Source: a virus
Taxonomy: Duplodnaviria > Caudoviricetes
DNA length: 33,483 nt
Virus record (IMG/VR): IMGVR_UViG_3300044723_006431
Location: 1 to 33,483 of that record
Reading direction: 5' to 3' (one strand)
Shown here piece by piece: positions 28,101 through 33,483 of this stretch (within the stretch, counting starts at the first letter, position 1; every line of letters starts with the position of its first letter). Both the position numbers and the translations under genes were made by a program. Under the pieces are notes generated by a model. It did not search any database and had not been told where the DNA came from. It worked only from the letters and a program-made list of their open reading frames with translations.

Positions 28101-28296
28101 TGACTATAGTACTACAAACTTCTTTACTACCCCTACTATCGGTATGACAATTGTTAGCACTGCTAACGTTTTAGCCGCACCTGTTGCGTTAGTTATTGGG
28201 TCAACAGAAACAGGAGCAAATATTAACGTGTTCTTTACTTCAAACTCAGAGCCTGCAGTTGGCACTATTGTAGACTTTACTGCTATTGGAACTTAA
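22114..28296 (+). CDS. Central tail fibre / tip attachment protein J-like with N-terminal Hint domain
   Basis: 2060 aa; gpJ motifs LGEGPV, YPRTAVIG, WDGSFTYSWTQNPVWIIYDILTNKTYG, LAGVTRRGQAIRYG; FN3-like domains toward the C-terminus. Confidence 0.93.
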   Translation: MNAYRKYVQVQGSAVPYISGAKGGCFPAGALVSTPKGATPIETLKIGDKVYCFDEAGNKWTSFVEKTWEHIPEETEGYLVKVVHEKGEFTVTDNHYLYDKDNEYKETKDWQIGEFLTLEDNSKSKILSLTNNKYLQEPVYNLTVNTHHNYICDGIRLSNKGGGGKGGGAAPAAVEDPNTLFSTDILFAATALGEGPVYRINPNGPQDIELNEGTIDDLINIDGDGEENNTVFKTLSTTGTLTQSALPVFGAETVTPQTLQNAVQLKNGNVAGVPAAKVSLQDTSVKDWDKLRFNFIIQGLQKSDSQGNVSGGSLSVKVTIFDRTGSTQITSVSKTINGKTNTRFKFQVDVAIPEANKDVAGYKFTVEKTSGDSDSNRVQDSVIFTGWDEIENDDMAYPRTAVIGYALKSFNEYEGSVPTFTSIVKGLLVKVPSNYNQPILSDGEIDWRQLEVPEAGSLSIDGQSTNIGYTQRGYRLQKQGSGTLLTAANPTIYEGIWDGSFTYSWTQNPVWIIYDILTNKTYGLAIPEDNIDKFTFYKVAQYCDACDITDGKFYGVSGLADGTYRNKPNGLFTSVRDTLVGLPRGTSVLERRFITDISITEDTQVMDTLNKITSTFRGLLYYAGGKITLNVDMPDDLPVAVFNDANIEKSSLKFFGGRESDILTGCDVSYVDPSNHYRREVVRIDDDEALRERNQIENIKQLDLAGVTRRGQAIRYGQYMLAASKFLRRQVEFSTGTDAISLGVGEVISLSTKSTGVAYGFGGKVVTNSTVGDANVLLEHFTSPAITSSNITGNTLPIGLRVIKQDSDRVDIYLASNTAFQTLSTGNAAAGVDLVELQLTQRFDYGTKTFTDTNSPGFTGWLANNVPQKGDLWTFGEINPDDFYRSTNDKLFKITSIDRQEEELVLVSAVEYVPNVYADADTLISYVPVRYDDIASTLQTPPPPQIELRHIPRRNSDGSVTHDVLVNSTFDPTGYPIYLQTNYEVGRGTEVTFPSISGTTARGANNGSIGMIAADANQLSANESAILLGKNGFGTILGEIPLLCTAVSNPNISATSNGDIVLTVVGLSQLTDPNFDLNIINVNDGVFSAELKGSDRVTIPINEKSNVGTGILSNQVDKNSSLTEFSAIITSSDVNVETLTITNEHSGAKTLLENLPELPFYVKLNQILDTRYFDARAVYVSGSRFLDVVSNTIPDGSTSFTQPLNESVRFKNQVKLFLDGIEQVQSEFEFTDSTNSSILISDASGYSTVRVETDYYTVPAIEVGDNLEFFAGNVYSVIDTTYSDDSNAYSLALTSNHIYRVQLGSKLLANVSGTLATNITADPVGTVANVSGASFTFDYNTATYPGKWTLANTAVYTLMNPIEFAALDLPNDRLLRDVEPGFVAVRAQNINASGRRSRTTTDVLVIEEVGIQRVQNLELIENLYLEQTVGAVVRITVEFDHILNQEVTDYEISYKLGGEAADLLSFNTVKVSAQGVEDDGKIRFTLNNIDRGLSSSANTITVRVTPLNKTIRGVTVTKTHSIIGKSDTPQNIRNFSFAQLGENVHLFWQYETRASGELIDVDLRDIIFKRVQGTLTPDQFETAFVTAAEYVIVSAGSTRKVNSVDTYGTFTYLAKTRDTSGNLSTTTVGVIGTTVKLSSLFVLQTYSEDTPGGNVVVGIPNINRLENTYPSFADSATGGLVIAPDTEDADASNGTSSGWSAISGIPTDLLAASGAIYQTKVRDIGKTAPVSLTANIVGTATTVTTWNNFHTDVASGVTEVSGTDSILIDTGLGGSEGIGTVLGFGNSAAATVTYDTTSRNNTLISGGTGGNVFAIWNDGQFAEDTSNSNSYALIAGVINADAVALGEVFYANGVSTGGNSFANLTTVASSYTLVDLNQFLDSGSASTTFAGDSSALRQTIQIRTSTADPFFANGNVDITTFNSGVDDPTSNGFQTFSTGLRNARYFQLRFIVENTSPMEIDYTLDKFEYQVDADSKEFRKRVTITGDDDGGGNTFVDYSTTNFFTTPTIGMTIVSTANVLAAPVALVIGSTETGANINVFFTSNSEPAVGTIVDFTAIGT
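22186..22590 (+). other. Hint (intein-like/BIL) domain, 135 aa, no homing endonuclease, +1 residue Lys
   Basis: Block A CFPAGALV (Cys25), block B TVTDNH, block F VYNLTV..HNY, terminal IRLSN (Asn159) followed by KGGGG. Confidence 0.9.
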
Positions 28297-28309
28297 GGAG
28301 ATTAATTAG

Positions 28310-29350
28310 ATGGCATTAAGCACATCAAATACATTTATTTTAACTTCAGCTGGTACTGCTATTGCTACTTCTAGAAACCACTGGAATGGAAGCTTTCAAG
28401 CACTAGCTCAAAATTTTTACTCAGCTGCTACCCCTGTTGCCGCTAATTTTGTGGACGATGGAGGAAACGCAGTAGCATTTACAGATAGTAGAACTTATGG
28501 ACTTTTATACTATAGTTCTAAATATAGAGCTTTGTATGTAAATGAACCTACTGCTAACAAAAAGGGCGGTGAAGGCCCTGGAGGTAGCTTTACTCGTGTT
28601 GGGCTAGGAGTCAGGTATGAACCTACTATTGCACAGGCTACTACGAATATTGCGCAATATCAAGTTGGAGAGTTAGTGTTTGTTCATTCTGCTACAGCAG
28701 ACTCAACAGGTGCAAACTCTAGAATTTATGTTAAAAAGTCAAATACAGCTCTTGAGTGGAAAGATGTAGGTGAGCCTCACCCAGCTTCTGTAACTTCGGC
28801 AATGCTAGCAGCTAGTGCAGTTACAGAGGGAAAAATTGCAACAGGTGCTGTAACTAGTGCAAAAATTTTAGATGCAACAATAACAAATGCAGATTTAGAT
28901 GCGCATACTAAAGGAGGGTTAGTTCCCATAGGAACTATTTTACCTTATGGTGGATCAAGCGCTCCTACTAGTTATGTACTTTGTGATGGGACAAGTTATA
29001 ATAGTACTACTGCTCCTCAGTATGCTAATTTATTTGCAGTAATTGGCACTACTTTTGGAGGATCGGGAGCGACAGCTTTCAACGTTCCCGACTTTAAAGA
29101 CAGATTACCTTTAGGTAAAGGGTCAAATAACTCAAGCCTCGGAGCAACCGTACATGCTATGTCTGCTAGCTCTACTAAAACATCTGTTTCAACCTCAATT
29201 AGTTCTCACTCCGTAGGTACAGGAACTTTTGCTACTTCAGCTAAAGACTCCTCTACTTCTACAGCTATTACACAAGTTCCCGATCACTCCGCTATTGCCC
29301 CTAATATGATATTCCCAACTGTTACAGTAAATTACATAATTAGATTTTAA
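28310..29350 (+). CDS. Tail fibre protein with phage tail-collar domain
   Basis: VPIGTILPYGGSSAPTSYVLCDG..YANLFAVIGTTFG..FNVPDFKDRLPLG and terminal VNYIIRF; preceded by VT.AKI-type repeats. Confidence 0.85.
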   Translation: MALSTSNTFILTSAGTAIATSRNHWNGSFQALAQNFYSAATPVAANFVDDGGNAVAFTDSRTYGLLYYSSKYRALYVNEPTANKKGGEGPGGSFTRVGLGVRYEPTIAQATTNIAQYQVGELVFVHSATADSTGANSRIYVKKSNTALEWKDVGEPHPASVTSAMLAASAVTEGKIATGAVTSAKILDATITNADLDAHTKGGLVPIGTILPYGGSSAPTSYVLCDGTSYNSTTAPQYANLFAVIGTTFGGSGATAFNVPDFKDRLPLGKGSNNSSLGATVHAMSASSTKTSVSTSISSHSVGTGTFATSAKDSSTSTAITQVPDHSAIAPNMIFPTVTVNYIIRF

Positions 29351-29364
29351 GAAAGGAACATAAA

Positions 29365-29826
29365 ATGGAAATTATTAAATTTAATGCTTTTGACATCAAT
29401 GGAAAATTGGTGTATTGTAGTTATAGAAAAATCGAAACAGGTAAAAAATCTCCTGCAATTGAACGGAGTTTACCTTTCGATAAGTTTATTGAACAAGAAC
29501 CAAAACTAGGAGAAATTTTAGAAGGTGCTTGTTATTATCTTTATTTAGAAGAAGACCCTCTTGAAAATAAAAAGGTTTATGAAAAAAAGTTTATGGACGA
29601 GACGCCAGACACTGACTTAACAGAAGAAGAAATTGATTATTTTAAGTCTCTCGTTTTACAGGCTTGCTTAGAAGAAAAATGGGATGATCTCCTTAAACCC
29701 CCTTCTGTTGATGAGCAGGTTGAAGACTTTATCAAAGAATTCTTTGACGAGCAAGAAGAGGAAGAAGGACAGTCTGTTGATTACTTAGAAGAATTTTTTA
29801 AAGAACTAGAAGAAGAGGAAAAATAA
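29365..29826 (+). CDS. Acidic hypothetical protein (possible fibre-assembly chaperone)
   Basis: 153 aa, AAGGA SD, very Glu/Asp-rich C-terminus; position after the collar-domain fibre. Function is inferred from position only. Confidence 0.6.
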   Translation: MEIIKFNAFDINGKLVYCSYRKIETGKKSPAIERSLPFDKFIEQEPKLGEILEGACYYLYLEEDPLENKKVYEKKFMDETPDTDLTEEEIDYFKSLVLQACLEEKWDDLLKPPSVDEQVEDFIKEFFDEQEEEEGQSVDYLEEFFKELEEEEK

Positions 29827-29840
29827 TAGGAGAAAATTAA

Positions 29841-31406
29841 ATGGTAACCAGAATTAGCCGTACAGTTGTTGGTTCAAATGTTATTAGTGCAGATAGCATT
29901 GCTAATAACACTATTGTTGCACGACATATTTCAAACTCAGCAATTGAAGCTAGACACTTAGGGTCTACTGCTAATACCTCTATTGTACAGGCTAATGTGG
30001 ATGCTGTCGAAACTCGCTTGACAGCAAATATTGATATAGTATCTGCTAATACTTCAGGTCTTGAGACTAGGTTAAATGCTAACATAGATATTGTTCAACT
30101 TAATGTTGAGGCAATTATTGATGGAGTTGATTTTACAGGGGATGTGTCTATACCAACTAGATTAGGTATAGGTAACACTGCCCCTATTATAACTTCTATT
30201 ACACTAGGGTCGCCAGCAAACGTTATTTTAAACTACTCTCCTCTTTCAGGTTATGGTAACGTTTTAATTGGACAAGGTGACTTAGGCGACGCTAGTACAG
30301 GATTTAGCTTAGATGTAAGAGGTGGAGCAAATGTTGCATCTTTAGCCGTTGCAGGGTTAACTGCTTCAAGAGCTTTACAAACAAACGCTAGCAAAGAACT
30401 AGAGTCTTCTTCAGTTACGACAACAGAATTAGGATATGTTTCTGGCGTTTCAAGTGCTATTCAACCACAGATTGATTCTAAAGCAGCTCTCTCAGGAGCT
30501 ACGTTTATTGGTCAGGTTAATATGGGAGATGACCTCGTAATTACGGGTAACTTAGTTGTTAACGGTGATACGGTAACTGCAAATAGTATTAACTTGTTAG
30601 TAGAAGATAGAATTATAATGGTTTCTAATTCTACTACAGGAACTCCTAGTCAAGATGCGGGCTTATTTATCAACCGAGGCAACCAAGGTAACGCAGCATT
30701 TGTTTATGATGAATCACGAACTGCTTTTGCTCTTTACGATACTCAAGACCCTCATACTAACACAGCTATTAGTTTTGTCACTCGTGGAAATCTTGAAATT
30801 GGTACTGCTAACGTTTTTGGTGCGGCTAATACAGGAGCACTAACTTCAACAGGAGTTACTGTATCTGGGTTAACTGCTTCAAGAGCTTTACAAACAAACG
30901 CTAGTAAAGACCTAGAATCTTCTTCAATTACCTCAACAGAGTTGGGCAGACTTAGTGGAGTTATTGGGGATGTTCAAACTCAGCTTAATAACAAAGACAC
31001 TAGTGCCAACGTTAACTCCGTTCAATCAAATGTAAATATTGTTCAAGATAATGTTGCAGCTACGGACTCTAGAGCGGCAGCTAACGTACTTGTAGCTGAA
31101 GCAAATGACTTTGCAACTTATACACGATTGAATGCAAATATCAATGTTGTTCAGGACAATGTGGTTGCACTTTCAGGAACTACTCTTACTCCAGGATCAA
31201 ACACTATTACTAGTGTGTCAGGAGCAAACGCTTATGGAATTGGAGCGGCAATTACTGGTATTGCTCGTATTAGAGTAGCTGTTGCTGGAGTTGTGCAGTA
31301 TCCAACTACTGACTATATTATCGCTTCTGCTGGAGTTATGCAGTTTACAGAAGTAGACTCAAATATTCCTGCTGGACTACCTATTTTAATTAATTATTGG
31401 GACTAA
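29841..31406 (+). CDS. Repeat-containing tail fibre / structural protein
   Basis: 521 aa; coiled-coil repeats (TRL.ANI..VQ.NV), ITGNLVVNGDTVT..VEDRII..DAGLFINRG fibre motif, duplicated GLTASRALQTNASK segment. Confidence 0.75.
   Translation: MVTRISRTVVGSNVISADSIANNTIVARHISNSAIEARHLGSTANTSIVQANVDAVETRLTANIDIVSANTSGLETRLNANIDIVQLNVEAIIDGVDFTGDVSIPTRLGIGNTAPIITSITLGSPANVILNYSPLSGYGNVLIGQGDLGDASTGFSLDVRGGANVASLAVAGLTASRALQTNASKELESSSVTTTELGYVSGVSSAIQPQIDSKAALSGATFIGQVNMGDDLVITGNLVVNGDTVTANSINLLVEDRIIMVSNSTTGTPSQDAGLFINRGNQGNAAFVYDESRTAFALYDTQDPHTNTAISFVTRGNLEIGTANVFGAANTGALTSTGVTVSGLTASRALQTNASKDLESSSITSTELGRLSGVIGDVQTQLNNKDTSANVNSVQSNVNIVQDNVAATDSRAAANVLVAEANDFATYTRLNANINVVQDNVVALSGTTLTPGSNTITSVSGANAYGIGAAITGIARIRVAVAGVVQYPTTDYIIASAGVMQFTEVDSNIPAGLPILINYWD
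30354..30904 (+). repeat. Intragenic direct repeat: 38-nt exact copies at 30354-30391 and 30867-30904, extending to ~80 nt imperfectly
   Basis: GGGTTAACTGCTTCAAGAGCTTTACAAACAAACGCTAG occurs twice, 513 nt apart and in frame. Confidence 0.9.
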
Positions 31407-31407
31407 C

Positions 31408-32388
31408 TTGAAAAAATTTAAACAATTAACTACTGAACTAACTTTTAGATGTAATGCAAAATGCCCTGCTTGTCATAGGCTAAAGCCTTTGCGTATAAAT
31501 TTAAATGACAAAGCTTATACTTATAGTTTAGATAGATTTAGACAAGTATTTTATCCAGAATTTTTAGAACAGTTAGATTGGTTGGTTTTAAACGGTAATT
31601 TTGGAGACTCTATTATGAATAAAGAGTTTCGTGAAATTATTTCTTATGTGAAACAACATGGTACAAAGTTAAATATCCATACTAATGGAGGCTTGCACGA
31701 TCAAGACTATTGGACAGATGTAGGTAACATCTTAACTGATAGAGATATTATTAATTTTGATTTAGATGGGTTAGAAGACACTCATTCTATATATAGAATA
31801 AATACTAATTTTAACACAGTCTTTAACAATGCTTGTTCTGTTATCAGCACTAAACGTCCTCAAGTTCACTGGAAATATATTGTATTCGAACATAATAAAC
31901 ATCAGGTTGAGCAAGCAAAAGAAATTGCATTAAAACAAGGGTTTCACTCTTTTTCAACTGTAAAAACTGGTAGAGATTTTGCAGCCCCTAAATCTGGTCA
32001 ATATGTTCATTTAAAAAAGAAAACAGATTTAAACAACTTACCCAAAGAAATTAATTGTAGCTGGGAGTCTTGGGGTAAATGGTATGTCTCCCCTAATGGT
32101 TTAGTATTTAGGTGTTGTTGGACAGGCGCTCACTATTTTGATGAAACTCCAGATAAATTTTACTATCCTCAAGAGTTAGAAGATTTATTTGACGCTACTA
32201 AAGTTCCTTTAGAAAAAATCTTATCTTACAACTATTGGAACAAGCTTAAACAGTACTTACAAGGCTATGATAGAAGTTTTAAGATTTGTAAGTCCCAATG
32301 TGGTAAAGTTTTAAGTAGTAGAGAAAAGATAGAAGAAAATTTATCTACTGGAGAACTTACAGTCTTTTCTGCGGGAGAAGGAATGTAA
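31408..32388 (+). CDS. Radical SAM protein with C-terminal SPASM/twitch-like Cys cluster
   Basis: ELTFRCNAKCPAC (CxxxCxxC), GNFGDS, IHTNGG, FDLDGLEDTH..YR; C-terminal C..YVSPNGLVFRCCW..CKSQC. TTG start. Confidence 0.9.
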   Translation: MKKFKQLTTELTFRCNAKCPACHRLKPLRINLNDKAYTYSLDRFRQVFYPEFLEQLDWLVLNGNFGDSIMNKEFREIISYVKQHGTKLNIHTNGGLHDQDYWTDVGNILTDRDIINFDLDGLEDTHSIYRINTNFNTVFNNACSVISTKRPQVHWKYIVFEHNKHQVEQAKEIALKQGFHSFSTVKTGRDFAAPKSGQYVHLKKKTDLNNLPKEINCSWESWGKWYVSPNGLVFRCCWTGAHYFDETPDKFYYPQELEDLFDATKVPLEKILSYNYWNKLKQYLQGYDRSFKICKSQCGKVLSSREKIEENLSTGELTVFSAGEGM

Positions 32389-32446
32389 TTTTTTAAAAAT
32401 GTCTGGTAAAGAATAAAAATTACAGGTATAATAAAGAAGGTGACTA

Positions 32447-33483
32447 ATGAAAAAAATAGCATTTATACCGCATAAACAAAGACTAGAAAAGCATAAAGTA
32501 GACTATTTGAGAGCCATGAGCGATGCTATGGACTATCCTTACCAATCAGAAGACGGTAGGGATACCTCTCCTATACAACAAGTTCTTCATGATAAATGCG
32601 CTGAATTATCTGGTATTCCTTATTGGACATTTACAGATTGTTGCACAGATGCGCTTCAAATTTCCATACATTGCTTAACTAAGCCAGAAGATGTTATTGT
32701 AGTTCCTGCCTATGGTTGGAGAGCTTTTGCTAATGCCGTTAAATTTATGAGTCGAGAACTACACTTTGTAGACTGTGACGAAACTGGTAATATGTGTATG
32801 GGTGCTTTAGAAGAATACTGCATAAACGCAGAAAAAGTTCCCGCAGCAGTAATTGCAGTTCATAACTTTGGAACTATAGTAGACTGTAATAAGATAAGAA
32901 CAATACTTGATAAGCGTGGTTGGAAGAATACCACTATTATTGAAGACGCAGCTCCAGCATTTTACATGGGAGAGCCTTATACTTATACCCCTGGTAGTGC
33001 CTCTGACGCGGTATGTTATTCCTTCGACTTCACAAAATATCCAGGAACGCTCGGTAGTGGGGGTGCAGTTGCAACACGTTTTAAAGATGTTAAGGAAAGG
33101 GTTTATCTTTCTTCTTCACACGGCAGAGCAAAATCTGGACAAATTGTAACCTTTGGTACTAAGTCATATATGGATAATACCTCTTGCGCAGTTCTTTTAA
33201 AGGAGATTGAATTGTTTGAGAAATTTGAGTATCGAAAGCGTAGAGATGTAATTGCTACTTGGTATAAAAACAATCTTCCCTATCCAAACGTACCCGGCGA
33301 TAATTATGTCTGGGAGAGGTATACGATGGCAGTCCCTCCAGATCAGGTTGAGTCTGTTATAAATTCCCTTAATGAAGTAGGCTGTTTAGCAAGAACATTT
33401 TTTAAAGAACCGCTTCACCAGTTTGAATGGTTGAACGATAATAAAAAACAGTGTCCAATCACAGAGCAATTTACCGCATCTAC
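32447..33483 (+). CDS. DegT/DnrJ/EryC1/StrS-family PLP-dependent aminotransferase (partial, runs off the window)
   Basis: Manually translated open frame of >=345 codons from ATG 32447 (MKKIAFIPHK...). Motifs CTDAL, VHNFG, IIEDAAPA, YSFDFTKYPGTLGSGGAV with the PLP lysine. Absent from the ORF track because there is no stop codon in the window. Confidence 0.88.
   Translation, partial: MKKIAFIPHKQRLEKHKVDYLRAMSDAMDYPYQSEDGRDTSPIQQVLHDKCAELSGIPYWTFTDCCTDALQISIHCLTKPEDVIVVPAYGWRAFANAVKFMSRELHFVDCDETGNMCMGALEEYCINAEKVPAAVIAVHNFGTIVDCNKIRTILDKRGWKNTTIIEDAAPAFYMGEPYTYTPGSASDAVCYSFDFTKYPGTLGSGGAVATRFKDVKERVYLSSSHGRAKSGQIVTFGTKSYMDNTSCAVLLKEIELFEKFEYRKRRDVIATWYKNNLPYPNVPGDNYVWERYTMAVPPDQVESVINSLNEVGCLARTFFKEPLHQFEWLNDNKKQCPITEQFTAS

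Noticed and set aside
30354-30950. Possible diversity-generating retroelement TR/VR pair
   Set aside because: Mismatches are not confined to adenines, both copies are internal and in frame in one gene, and no reverse transcriptase is present in the window.
32404-32432. TATAAT upstream of the aminotransferase gene
   Set aside because: No convincing -35 or extended -10 element; a promoter is possible but not supportable from sequence alone.
1992-32462. Numerous short minus-strand ORFs in the track (e.g. 3603-3983, 15183-15701, 21010-21276)
   Set aside because: They lie antisense to long, well-supported plus-strand genes, have no recognisable motifs, and look like shadow ORFs.
32907-33149. 80-aa plus-strand ORF in the track
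   Set aside because: It is out of frame within the DegT-family gene starting at 32447, which carries clear family motifs.
1-33483. CRISPR arrays, tRNA/rRNA genes, integrase or transposase, alternative genetic code
   Set aside because: None seen. Intergenic gaps are short, and genes read through at expected or longer lengths under the standard code.

Overview
A 33.5-kb, AT-rich, entirely plus-strand virion morphogenesis region of a tailed dsDNA phage with siphovirus architecture. The head, neck and tail-tube half follows the T5/Demerecviridae gene order: SciB-like HNH nuclease, portal, HK97 protease/major capsid, head-tail connector, completion protein, terminator, pb6-like tail tube, frameshifted tail chaperones and tape measure. 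The tail tip is lambda-like (M-L-K-I-J) but expanded: two NlpC/P60 genes, a stand-alone JAB protease, two Ubl-bearing gpI paralogues, and a gpJ with a non-canonical Hint domain (Asn followed by Lys) near its N-terminus. Fibre genes, a radical SAM gene and a DegT-family aminotransferase (cut off by the window end, absent from the ORF track) follow. The most notable observations are: (1) the JAB/Ubl/Hint tail-tip processing cassette; (2) a 1003-aa protease-to-capsid ORF with two in-frame internal AAGGAG-ATG starts and extra domains; (3) a structured intergenic RNA with complementary loops between the tail tube and chaperone genes; (4) LamG insertions in neck and Dit proteins. All family assignments come from motif recognition and synteny by eye; no searches were run.
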